Virus record (IMG/VR): IMGVR_UViG_3300027741_000020
Length of the DNA stretch: 64,000 nt
Source: a virus
Strand: one strand, 5' to 3'
In this document: piece by piece, positions 1 to 9,278 of the stretch
Layout: every line of letters starts with the position of its first letter
How positions within the stretch are numbered: position 1 is the stretch's first letter
Notes under the pieces: model-generated
The model's database searches: none
What the model saw: the letters and a program-made list of their open reading frames with translations, nothing else
Told to the model about the DNA's origin: nothing
Program-made: the position numbers and the translations under genes

Positions 1-2
1 AG

Positions 3-1451
3 AGTGTATTAGAAACATATACAAATCTAAACCTTGACCCAACATCGGCAAATTATATTTATAGAGTAATTGGTGATAGATATAAAAGTATCTCAAGCAC
101 TGGTAAAATTACTGAATATGGTGATTGGGTAAACAATTCAAAATATGTTAGACTTGTTAGTGCATATAGAGATGCATCATTAGATACCTCATTGATACCA
201 ACACCGGCCGTACCTTATGGACACGCTCCGTATCAATTACCATTTACCATACCATCACCATTAGCAGCAACTATACCTTCGGCATCTATTGTAGCAGCAG
301 ATTCAACAACTTTTGGTGGTATTGATTTGGATTTTAATGCGGATAATGATATATACCTTGCACCAATACCAAGCACAAACACAGCAGCAACAACGGGTTC
401 AAACGTAGCAATCACATTAGATACTACATTTAATTACCCACTTACAGGTTCTGCCGCAGCTGATATTGCAGTTAGAAACTTGATTGTAGCATTCCAAGAA
501 GGATTTGATGGTATGGCGCCAACAATTGTAAAGGCAAAAGGAGCTGATATTGTACCAGGTAATACACAAGGATTTGACCTTACTACATCTACTTCAATGG
601 GTAGTTTGGCATACGCTAAACATATTAACGCATTATCAAATTCAGACGAATGGGATATTAATATGGTAGTAGCACCTGGTGTTATTAAAAGATTACACAA
701 TTCAACGGCAACATCTATAATTGATATGGTTGAATATCGTTCTGACGCCTTCTATATTATGGATACAACTGCATACGCAGATACTATCGAACAAGCGACT
801 ATACAGGCCGCAGCAGTAGATACTAACTACGCAGCAACTTACTATCCTTGGATTAAAACAATTGATGTAAATACTAACAAACTTATATCCGTACCGCCTT
901 CTGTATTGTTACCTGGCGTTTTCGCAAGCAATGATAGAGTAGCAGCTGAATGGTTCGCACCAGCAGGTTTAAATCGTGGTGGACTTACCGGAGCAGTTAG
1001 TGTATTGAATAGATTAACACACGCTGAAAGAGATACGTTGTATGAAGGAAAGGTAAATCCAATCGCTCAATTCCCTGGAACCGGAATCGTAGTATTTGGA
1101 CAAAAAACGCTTCAAAGTAAAGCATCTGCATTAGATAGAATTAATGTACGCAGACTTTTATTGACTGTTAGAAAATATATCGCATCAACTTCTAAATACT
1201 TAATTTTTGAACAAAATACAGCAACAACTCGTAATAAGTTCATAAACATAGCTAATCCTTACTTAGAGGCTATACAACAAAGACAAGGTTTATACGCTTT
1301 CAAAGTGGTGATGGATGAAACAAATAATACTCCGGATGTAATTGATAGAAACTTCTTAAAAGGTTCAATTTACTTACAACCTACTAAAACGGCGGAATTT
1401 ATCCAAATTGATTTCAACATTTTACCAACCGGAGCATCTTTTGGTGGATAA
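3..1451 (+). CDS. Contractile tail sheath protein (T4 gp18-like), 5'-truncated by window edge
   Basis: Frame is open from nt 3, upstream of the ORF-track start at 192. Sheath C-terminal motifs WFAPAGLNRG, LYEGKVNPIAQFPG, GQKTLQ..ASALDRINVRRLL and IYLQPTKTAEFIQIDF are present. Confidence 0.95.
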   Translation, partial: SVLETYTNLNLDPTSANYIYRVIGDRYKSISSTGKITEYGDWVNNSKYVRLVSAYRDASLDTSLIPTPAVPYGHAPYQLPFTIPSPLAATIPSASIVAADSTTFGGIDLDFNADNDIYLAPIPSTNTAATTGSNVAITLDTTFNYPLTGSAAADIAVRNLIVAFQEGFDGMAPTIVKAKGADIVPGNTQGFDLTTSTSMGSLAYAKHINALSNSDEWDINMVVAPGVIKRLHNSTATSIIDMVEYRSDAFYIMDTTAYADTIEQATIQAAAVDTNYAATYYPWIKTIDVNTNKLISVPPSVLLPGVFASNDRVAAEWFAPAGLNRGGLTGAVSVLNRLTHAERDTLYEGKVNPIAQFPGTGIVVFGQKTLQSKASALDRINVRRLLLTVRKYIASTSKYLIFEQNTATTRNKFINIANPYLEAIQQRQGLYAFKVVMDETNNTPDVIDRNFLKGSIYLQPTKTAEFIQIDFNILPTGASFGG

Positions 1452-1463
1452 TTTAAAAAAACA

Positions 1464-1471
1464 ATATTTAT
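1464..1471 (+). promoter_or_regulatory. ATATTTAT putative late-promoter motif
   Basis: Intergenic, 28 nt before the tail tube ATG; the same octamer recurs before several structural genes. Confidence 0.55.
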
Positions 1472-1499
1472 TATTACGAAACAATTAAAATAAAATAAA

Positions 1500-1988
1500 A
1501 TGCCAGATATATTAGGATTTGACCAAATGTTCTATACTAATTTTGAACCGAAATTAGGTAATAGATTTATAATGGAAATAGACGGAATACAATCATATTT
1601 AGTTAAGACCGCTGCTAGACCAACATTTACATCGGAAGTAGTTGAGCTTGACCATATTAACGTAAAAAGAAAAATAAAAGGTAAATCTACATGGGATGAT
1701 GTATCAATCACATTATATGACCCCATTGTACCATCCGGCGCACAGCAAGTGATGGACTGGGTGAGATTATCACATGAATCATTAACAGGTCGTGATGGAT
1801 ACGCAGCTTTCTACAAAAAAGATATTAATTTCTATTTACTTGGACCAGTAGGTGATAAAATAGAGCAATGGACATTAAAAGGAGCATTTATCAGTTCGGC
1901 AAACTTTGGTGAGCTAGATTGGAGTTCAAATGACCCACTTTCAATAGAATTGACACTTACCTACGATTACGCTATATTAGAGTATTAA
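1500..1988 (+). CDS. Tail tube protein (T4 gp19-like)
   Basis: Follows the sheath gene; 162 aa with FEPK..NRF, WDDVSITLYDPI and EQWTLKGAFISSANFGELDWSS. Confidence 0.93.
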   Translation: MPDILGFDQMFYTNFEPKLGNRFIMEIDGIQSYLVKTAARPTFTSEVVELDHINVKRKIKGKSTWDDVSITLYDPIVPSGAQQVMDWVRLSHESLTGRDGYAAFYKKDINFYLLGPVGDKIEQWTLKGAFISSANFGELDWSSNDPLSIELTLTYDYAILEY

Positions 1989-2009
1989 TCTATTAAAAAA
2001 CAAAATAAT

Positions 2010-2050
2010 AAAAAGGGACGCACTTATGGTGTTGTCCCTTTTCTTTTTTT
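2010..2050 (+). terminator. Rho-independent terminator
   Basis: Hairpin AAAAGGGACGCAC-TTATG-GTGTTGTCCCTTTT followed by a T-rich tract, just after the tube gene. Confidence 0.85.
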
Positions 2051-2107
2051 AAAAACATTATATATATTATTAAACACACTATTACAAACTAAAATAAAGT
2101 TATAAAA

Positions 2108-2929
2108 ATGGACGAACAAATCGAACAACAAATTACTAGAGGATTAGGAAAAGCACCCACTCCACCGCAATCACAAAAAACATATCCATTTCCGACTGAA
2201 GTTATATCATTGCCGTCAAAAGGCTTGGTATATCCAGAAAGTAATCCATTATCCAAAGGAGAGCTTACTGTTAAATTAATGACAGCAAAGGAAGAGGATA
2301 TTTTAACATCTGCCAATTTAATTAAAAAAGGTATACAACTTGATAAGCTTTTAGAATCAATTGTAGTTGAGCCTGGTGTTAATATAAACGATTTAGTTAT
2401 TGGCGATAAAAACGCAATACTCATAACAAGTCGTATTCTTGCATTTGGAGCAAATTATGATGTTAAATTAAACGACCCATTTGACGGTGATGAAGTTAAT
2501 ACGGTCATTGATTTATCTAAAATAAAAATCAAAGAAATAGATGAATCATTATTAAATAGAAATAATGAATATGACTTTGTATTACCAATATCAAATACTC
2601 CTATTAAGTTTAAAATTTTAACACACGGTGACGAATTGGTTATTAATAAGGATATTGAAGCTAGTGAGAAAACATTAAAGACGGGTAATGAGATTACAAC
2701 ACGATACAGAAAAATTATTATCGAAGTTGATGGTAATAGAGAGTTCGGAGCAATCAGTAATTTTGTAACAAATCGTTTATTAGCCGGAGATTCAAAAGCA
2801 TTGCGAAAGTATATTAGTAAAATAACTCCTGATTTAGATTTGACATTTGATTATACATCCCCTGTAACTGGTGACACGGAGGCACTTCGTATTCCTTTTG
2901 GAGTGAGCTTTTTTTACCCTACCGACTGA
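2108..2929 (+). CDS. Tail/baseplate hub assembly chaperone (T4 gp26-like)
   Basis: LPSKGLVYP, MTAKEEDILT and GDKNAIL..SRILAFG motifs; located between tube and tape measure; ends SFFYPTD. Confidence 0.7.
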   Translation: MDEQIEQQITRGLGKAPTPPQSQKTYPFPTEVISLPSKGLVYPESNPLSKGELTVKLMTAKEEDILTSANLIKKGIQLDKLLESIVVEPGVNINDLVIGDKNAILITSRILAFGANYDVKLNDPFDGDEVNTVIDLSKIKIKEIDESLLNRNNEYDFVLPISNTPIKFKILTHGDELVINKDIEASEKTLKTGNEITTRYRKIIIEVDGNREFGAISNFVTNRLLAGDSKALRKYISKITPDLDLTFDYTSPVTGDTEALRIPFGVSFFYPTD

Positions 2930-3134
2930 TTATAGCGTTTATCTTCATAAAAAAATATTTCAAATGGTATATTATTCCAATGGTGGATTCAATTGGAATG
3001 ATGTATACTATATGCCTACAAAACTTCGAGAATTTTATTATCGAGAACTTACAGGTGCTAAGGATGCAGAGAAAAAGCAATTTGATGAATCATCTCGTAA
3101 GTCCAAATCAGCATCAATGGTAAGACGTAAGTAA
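2907..3134 (+). CDS. +1-frame extension of the upstream chaperone (GT-like), or a short ORF from ATG ~2964
   Basis: The +1 frame is open from 2907 to TAA at 3132-3134 and overlaps the T7 run at 2909-2915; it encodes ...GGFNWNDVYYMPTKLREFYYREL.... Absent from the ORF track. Confidence 0.6.
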   Translation, partial: AFFTLPTDYSVYLHKKIFQMVYYSNGGFNWNDVYYMPTKLREFYYRELTGAKDAEKKQFDESSRKSKSASMVRRK

Positions 3135-3151
3135 TTTAATTTAGTTTGTTT

Positions 3152-3159
3152 ATATTTAT
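3152..3159 (+). promoter_or_regulatory. ATATTTAT putative late-promoter motif
   Basis: Intergenic, 20 nt before ATG 3180. Confidence 0.55.
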
Positions 3160-3179
3160 GTGTATATAATAATAACACT

Positions 3180-3431
3180 ATGCCCAAACGTAGACTGGTA
3201 GAAGCAAAACTTCTTGATAAAATATTTGACTTTTTTGGTTCAAGTAATCCCGCAAAGAAAGAAAAATTCTTAGATACTGTTAGAAAAACCGATCCCCAAT
3301 TGGCAAACGCATTTGATGGTTGGGAAGATTCTTTTATTGACCTTATGACAAAAGTAAAAAAAATAAAAGAAAAGCGTGGAATGGATACAAGTTATACCGA
3401 TTCTCTTATTAAAAAATATAGAGGATATTAA
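3180..3431 (+). CDS. Hypothetical protein (tail module)
   Basis: 83 aa ORF with a late-type motif upstream, directly before the tape measure gene. Confidence 0.6.
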   Translation: MPKRRLVEAKLLDKIFDFFGSSNPAKKEKFLDTVRKTDPQLANAFDGWEDSFIDLMTKVKKIKEKRGMDTSYTDSLIKKYRGY

Positions 3432-3452
3432 TCATATTATTTATAGTATACA

Positions 3453-6400
3453 ATGGCAGTAAATAAAAATGAAATAACAGGTCAAGAGCAGTTGAATAAG
3501 TTGTTAAAAGATTATGAAAAAACTCTTAAAACAATAAAAGACCTCAAACGAAATCTTTTTGATGGCGATAAACTACAATCGTCAATGATTACCGAGCAAG
3601 TCAAAAAATCAAAAGATTTAAAGAAGCAGATTGATGAAATAAATAAAGCCATTGATAATCAGGTACAAGATTATGAGGATATGGATGATACTTTAATTAG
3701 TATCGGAAATACAATGAAAAAAAACCAAAAATTAGCACAAATAACAGCTGATAATTTTGGAAAAGTAAAAGATGTATCATTAAGTATAGCTACATTGCTT
3801 AAAGAGGGTGGGGTACAAAATACAAAAACCCAAAAGCAAGTAATAGCTATAAATGATGCATATAAAAACATGCATACATCTATAGCAAAAGCCAATAAAG
3901 AATATGCATTAGGTAGAATATCAAATGAAGATCGTGTAGCACTTATTAAACGTGAAGCAGATGAATTTCAAGACGTAGCTAGTATGATTGATATGAGCAA
4001 AGTATCATCGGAAGAATTACGAGGAGTTATTGGCGGTATGACCAAAGAGGGGGAAATGTTTAGTAAAAGTATGAAGGGAGCTACGGTACAATCAGAAGGA
4101 CTAGATAGAGTGATGGGTAGCTTTAGTGGTATACCAGCAATGGGTGAATTAAATACATTATTAAAAACAAACATAAAAGATACATTAGCATTTAAGGCGG
4201 CAACATTCGCATTAGGTGCCGCATTGGCAAAGGTGGCATATGATTACTTTGGTGCACCGATTGAAGTAGCAATGCAAAATGAGTTTGACATTAGAAAGAA
4301 TCGTATTCAAACTGCTATGGATGTTAAAAAGCTTGAAATAGAAGCACAGTTTATCCCTAGAAAAATAGAAAATGAAAGGCAAAGAAATCAGATTGACACA
4401 GCTAATAATATTAATCAAATCCAAATAGATGGTGCATTTGCCGTACAAAAGGCAATGGTTCAATTTAATTCGCAGTTGAAGCAAGGTGCTGCACAATTTG
4501 AAGCAGCTTCTAAAACCGCATTATTTGGCAAAGGTATTGGTAGTATAGGATATGGTGCAGCTCAAATGCAATTAGCAGGAGTGGGTGCTGAGCAAGTTGC
4601 ATCGGCAATGACCGCAGCAGCTTCTGCAACTGGTAAAATGCCATCATCGGCTGTAGCGGCAGATATGGCAATAATGGCAACAAGGACTGGACAATCCGTT
4701 GATAATATAGCAGAAATAAATGAATACTTCCAGAGAACTGATAAGGTATCTGCAAAAACTGCAATGAATTTACAAGAGGGACTTAGAGCAATGGCAGACC
4801 AAGCACATATTGGACTTGGTAAGTTAATGGAAGAAATTGCACAAAATTCAAAGGATGCACTTTCATATCAAATTAAAAGTGGACCTGCATTAGCAAAGCA
4901 AGTTGCATACGCACAAACTTTGGGGGTCAGTTTTGGCGATATAGCCAAAGCAGGTAAAAATATGGTACTAAATTATAAAGATAGTATCAAATCGGAAATG
5001 CAGCTAAGTACATTATTAGGAAAGCAAGTAGACCTATCAGAGGTTAGAGCTAAGTTTGCATCCGGAGATACGGAAGGCGGCTTGAAAGCATTAAAATCAC
5101 AAGGATTAGACCCCAAAGATATGGATATGTTCCAGCAAGAAGCCTTACAACAAGCTCTTGGTGGATTGGATTTAAGCTCTATATCAAAGGTAGCACAGAA
5201 TACTGGCGCAGCAGTTGGTGGATTGCAAGCAGGAAGCGCAAAAGGTGGCAATCAACAATTTTTAGGAACAAAGCAAGCAGCAGAACAAACATTAGCCGCA
5301 AAAAGTGCACAAATATCAGCAGCTACGGCAATAATTGATGCAAAACTTTCAGGCCAAATAACCGATGCGTATCTAAATTCTCCTGGGTATAAAACGTACC
5401 TAATGGCTCAAAATGATATGGCCAAAAAGGAAGCTGAATTAGCAAATACAATCCAAGCCGCAGTACTAGCAAGTAAAGAATATCAAAAACTTCAGGTCGA
5501 ACAAATAAAAGAGCAGGAGAAATTTGATATAGGTAAAACTTTAAGAGAGGGATTGGTTACTGCAGGTGGTGGTTTATTAACAACCGGAATGAGTAAGATG
5601 TTTGGAAAAAAAGGTGGTGATATTGCAGGAATGATAACTGGTGGTGGAGGCGGAGGCGAAGAAGGTGGCGATGGTGGTGGAGGCGGTGGAGCGGCAGAAG
5701 GGCCTATTGCAAGTGTAGCTGCACAAATTGAAGCAGCAGCTCCGGTATTAGAAAAAGCAAAACCTTTAGGTAAAGGAATAGCAGAATTTGGTAAAGGAAT
5801 AGGTAATTTCTTAAAAAGTGTTGGTAAAGGATTTGGTGCGTTAATTGAAGGTGTACTAACCGGATTAGCAGCTGGATTAAAAGCATTTGCAGACCCTATG
5901 ATATTAGTAGGAGCCGGTATATTAGCAGGTTCTATCACTTTGATAGGAGCAGGAATAGCAGGAGCTGCTTGGATATTGGGTAAAGCATTACCAACATTAG
6001 CAGAAGGATTTATGGCATTCAATGGTATCAATGGTGATAATTTAAAAGATGTGGGGGTAGGAGTTGCTGCATTAGGAGTTGGTATGGCAGCAATGGGAGC
6101 AGGAGCTGTATTATCTGGTATAGGTAATTTAGTTGGTAGTTTATTTGGCGGTGGCATAGAAGATACGATTAAAAAAGTAGAAAAATTTGCAGAAGCAAAT
6201 ATTAACGCTGATAAAGTAAAAAATAATGCAGATGCAATCGTAGCATATTCAAAAGCAATGGCAGCATCTGGATTAGGAAATGCTGCAAGTGGACTTGGTA
6301 ATATGGTTGGTGGTATTGCAAATGGTATTGCAAAATTCTTTGGAGGTGATACCGAATTACCAATAGATAAGATGGCAAAATTTGGAGCTTCGGAAATTGC

Positions 6401-7535
6401 AAATGCGGATACAATTAAGAAAAATGCGGAAACATTTACTGCATTTGCTACCGCAATGGATTCATATAAAGGTAGTGGTGGTTCGTTGGGTGGTGTATTA
6501 GCAGATGGATTGGGTAAATTCTTTAAAGTAAAACCACCAATAGAACAAATGAAGGAATTTGGTAAAGAATTACTTGTTCCTGATAATACTATATTAAAAG
6601 CAAATGCAGAAGCATTTACCGTATTTGGTAATGCAATGGCAACATATAAAGGAAGTGGTGCTGGAATTGGTGATGCATTAGCACAAGGTGTATCATCTTT
6701 CTTAAAAGTACCAACCCCATTAGGTAAATTTAAAGAATTTGCGGCAATAGATGGGATTGATGTACAAAAAACAAAAAATAACGCAGAAGCATTTACCGCA
6801 TTTGGTAATGCAATGGCAACATACAAAGGTTCAGGCGAAGGCTTCTGGTCTAGTTTAGGAGAAGGAATATCATCTTTCTTTGGTGGTGGTAAAGAGGATT
6901 TAATTACTAAATTCCAAAGATTCGCAGCATTAGACGCAGGTGGAGTAACTGCGATATCAACAGCAATTGGAAGTTTTAATACTAATTTATCGGGATTTAA
7001 TTCAGAAAGTGCCGAAGCAGTTGGTACTGGTATGGCAAGTGTTGCAAAAGCTACAACTGATTATTTAACAGCAGATAGAACGGCCGCAGTTAATGCATTC
7101 GCAACTTCTATTGGATTTTTAAATTCTCAATTAATGGGATTGGCTGGTGTCGGACGTTTAATGGAAACAACAACATTAGCATTTATGAACCTTGCATCCG
7201 CTTTACAAAGTTTAGCAGCAGTTAATACAAAAGCAATTAATGATATACCTTGGATAAGAATGACTGCATTTGCAGGAGCAGGTGGTAGAATTACATTGGC
7301 ACAAAGTGCAAATAATAACTTTAACATAGCACAGGATAGTGCAAAAAACATTGCACATATGGACCAACAAATAACACAGCTTGTGCTAGTAAATAAAAAC
7401 CTACAAGCACTAATGGCAGTAATGACGGATAATGCACAAGCCGCAACTGTATTACAAATAGATGGTAGACAGGTTACTGATATGATTAAAAGAAGAGCAG
7501 ATAATGCAAAAGCAATGAATCCGGCCAAAGGTTAA
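3453..7535 (+). CDS. Tail tape measure protein
   Basis: 1360 aa, Ala/Gly-rich and predicted helical, with a hydrophobic central segment and internal repeats; canonical position after tube and chaperone. Confidence 0.88.
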   Translation: MAVNKNEITGQEQLNKLLKDYEKTLKTIKDLKRNLFDGDKLQSSMITEQVKKSKDLKKQIDEINKAIDNQVQDYEDMDDTLISIGNTMKKNQKLAQITADNFGKVKDVSLSIATLLKEGGVQNTKTQKQVIAINDAYKNMHTSIAKANKEYALGRISNEDRVALIKREADEFQDVASMIDMSKVSSEELRGVIGGMTKEGEMFSKSMKGATVQSEGLDRVMGSFSGIPAMGELNTLLKTNIKDTLAFKAATFALGAALAKVAYDYFGAPIEVAMQNEFDIRKNRIQTAMDVKKLEIEAQFIPRKIENERQRNQIDTANNINQIQIDGAFAVQKAMVQFNSQLKQGAAQFEAASKTALFGKGIGSIGYGAAQMQLAGVGAEQVASAMTAAASATGKMPSSAVAADMAIMATRTGQSVDNIAEINEYFQRTDKVSAKTAMNLQEGLRAMADQAHIGLGKLMEEIAQNSKDALSYQIKSGPALAKQVAYAQTLGVSFGDIAKAGKNMVLNYKDSIKSEMQLSTLLGKQVDLSEVRAKFASGDTEGGLKALKSQGLDPKDMDMFQQEALQQALGGLDLSSISKVAQNTGAAVGGLQAGSAKGGNQQFLGTKQAAEQTLAAKSAQISAATAIIDAKLSGQITDAYLNSPGYKTYLMAQNDMAKKEAELANTIQAAVLASKEYQKLQVEQIKEQEKFDIGKTLREGLVTAGGGLLTTGMSKMFGKKGGDIAGMITGGGGGGEEGGDGGGGGGAAEGPIASVAAQIEAAAPVLEKAKPLGKGIAEFGKGIGNFLKSVGKGFGALIEGVLTGLAAGLKAFADPMILVGAGILAGSITLIGAGIAGAAWILGKALPTLAEGFMAFNGINGDNLKDVGVGVAALGVGMAAMGAGAVLSGIGNLVGSLFGGGIEDTIKKVEKFAEANINADKVKNNADAIVAYSKAMAASGLGNAASGLGNMVGGIANGIAKFFGGDTELPIDKMAKFGASEIANADTIKKNAETFTAFATAMDSYKGSGGSLGGVLADGLGKFFKVKPPIEQMKEFGKELLVPDNTILKANAEAFTVFGNAMATYKGSGAGIGDALAQGVSSFLKVPTPLGKFKEFAAIDGIDVQKTKNNAEAFTAFGNAMATYKGSGEGFWSSLGEGISSFFGGGKEDLITKFQRFAALDAGGVTAISTAIGSFNTNLSGFNSESAEAVGTGMASVAKATTDYLTADRTAAVNAFATSIGFLNSQLMGLAGVGRLMETTTLAFMNLASALQSLAAVNTKAINDIPWIRMTAFAGAGGRITLAQSANNNFNIAQDSAKNIAHMDQQITQLVLVNKNLQALMAVMTDNAQAATVLQIDGRQVTDMIKRRADNAKAMNPAKG
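6225..6900 (+). repeat. Four imperfect 59-66 aa repeats inside the tape measure gene
   Basis: NA(D/E)A/TF..F..AM..YKGSG units begin near 6225, 6423, 6603 and 6780; the last two are nearly identical at DNA level. Confidence 0.85.
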
Positions 7536-7571
7536 GCAGGGTTAAGAAATAATCGTATTTTAATTTATAGC

Positions 7572-7579
7572 ATATTTAT
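7572..7579 (+). promoter_or_regulatory. ATATTTAT putative late-promoter motif
   Basis: Intergenic, 15 nt before ATG 7595. Confidence 0.55.
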
Positions 7580-7594
7580 ATAAAAGAATATTAA

Positions 7595-8950
7595 ATGGCA
7601 ACCATATTAGATTTATTTAAAAAGAAAAATAGTGAATTATACGGAATAACTGCCAAAATATTAATCAACACCAGAGGTTTTGTTGATATTCCAAAAAAAG
7701 CCGCACTACTAACGTCATCGCCAAACACATTGGCAGACCTTATTGGTAATCAAATTGGTGGTGCATTGGGTGGTAATGCAAATAGACCTTCCGATACAAT
7801 ATTCAAAAGTGATAAAATATTTGCTAAACCAATAACTTTAACCGCAGTAACTCAAGCTCAATTAAGAAGAGCCGCAGATGAATTAGATAGGCCAGTATTT
7901 ATAAAAGAAAATCCTGCTCCTGGTTCATTAATCGCAAAAATAAAACAAACGGGCGCATCGCCTGCACAGGTGGCGGCTCAAATCGCAGTAAATGCAATAA
8001 ATAATTATGGTAGTAAATCTGGTATTAAAAAACTATCCGCTGCTATTAAAGGCATCGGTAATGAGCAAGTTGGATATGGTACACAGTATAGTAGATTAGA
8101 TATTGGTGGCAAACCACTTGTAAAAACTTCAAAATTTAGTAACCAATATCCAGTATATGAGCAACATACAAACCAACGTACAAATAGGAAAGAATGGATA
8201 CGAAGTGTGGTACAGAATAGGATTAGCGATACGCCGGTAGCTGGGATTTCTAAATTTGATTTGTTTAATAACGATATATTAGAAACTCAATACACAGATG
8301 AAACATTTAAAGCTGCATTAACTACATATAATAAAACAGCAACGCCATATGTTAAGTTTAAGCTATATGGTAAAGGTACGAATAATCTAATAATATTGCC
8401 GGGAACAATAAGTGGAATATCGGAAGATTTCTCACCGGAAGTATCTAATTTTAAATATGTTGGGTCGCCATTCAATTTATATAGATATGGTGGAGTTGAA
8501 AGAACTCTAAAGTTTGAATTAAAGATGTATTTCTTAAACGATACACAAAAGGAAAATATGAAGATTAACTTAGATAGAATCCGTAAGTTAGTTTTTCCAG
8601 ATGAAAAAATATCAACAATACAATACGCTAATAATACATACTCGCCGATTGTATTTAATCCAAACTTAGTATATTTGACTATTCCTGGATTATACAAAGA
8701 TACACTTGGTATAGTTGATTCACTTGGTATTAGTATAGAAGATACCGTACCATGGGTAACTACGTTTGGTACTGATCCAAAGACAATTAAATTAGACGGA
8801 ACAAATGCAAAAGAACCATACCCATCCGTATTTAATGTAAGTATTGGTATGAAAGTAATAGAACACCCATCGATTGAAGATAATACATATGTATATGGTG
8901 AATCCAAAGAAAAGAATAATACTTACACAAATTATTTTACAGGGTATTAG
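7595..8950 (+). CDS. Baseplate / tail-tube initiator-like protein
   Basis: C-terminal LPGTISGISEDFSPE..YVGSPFNLYRYGGVERTLKFELKM resembles tube-initiator domains; follows the tape measure gene. Confidence 0.6.
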   Translation: MATILDLFKKKNSELYGITAKILINTRGFVDIPKKAALLTSSPNTLADLIGNQIGGALGGNANRPSDTIFKSDKIFAKPITLTAVTQAQLRRAADELDRPVFIKENPAPGSLIAKIKQTGASPAQVAAQIAVNAINNYGSKSGIKKLSAAIKGIGNEQVGYGTQYSRLDIGGKPLVKTSKFSNQYPVYEQHTNQRTNRKEWIRSVVQNRISDTPVAGISKFDLFNNDILETQYTDETFKAALTTYNKTATPYVKFKLYGKGTNNLIILPGTISGISEDFSPEVSNFKYVGSPFNLYRYGGVERTLKFELKMYFLNDTQKENMKINLDRIRKLVFPDEKISTIQYANNTYSPIVFNPNLVYLTIPGLYKDTLGIVDSLGISIEDTVPWVTTFGTDPKTIKLDGTNAKEPYPSVFNVSIGMKVIEHPSIEDNTYVYGESKEKNNTYTNYFTGY

Positions 8951-8971
8951 TGATAATTAATATAATAAATA

Positions 8972-9274
8972 ATGGCAAACAGATATAGATACACATTAAC
9001 GGCAGCTGATAGTGATACTCAACGGGTATATATGAAAAGCACCATATATCCAAAGATAAAAGCTACAGATAATGATATATATGCCATAACCGATGCAGGC
9101 GACAGATTCGACTTACTTGCTAAAAAATATTATGGCGATGAAGCATATTGGTGGATTATTGCAACTGCAAATAATATGAATGATGGAAACTTCTTTATAA
9201 AGGAAGGGATACAAATAAGAATACCATCTAATATAAATGCAATATTAAATGATTTAGAAAGAATAAATAAATAA
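8972..9274 (+). CDS. LysM-like baseplate wedge protein (gp53 / tail protein X-like)
   Basis: GDRFDLLAKKYYGDEAYWWIIATAN...GIQIRIP signature. Confidence 0.85.
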   Translation: MANRYRYTLTAADSDTQRVYMKSTIYPKIKATDNDIYAITDAGDRFDLLAKKYYGDEAYWWIIATANNMNDGNFFIKEGIQIRIPSNINAILNDLERINK

Positions 9275-9278
9275 AGTT

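Noticed and set aside
5492-6826. 444 aa minus-strand ORF
   Set aside because: It is antisense to the tape measure gene and explained by stop-poor reverse reading of Ala/Gly codons; no recognisable motifs.
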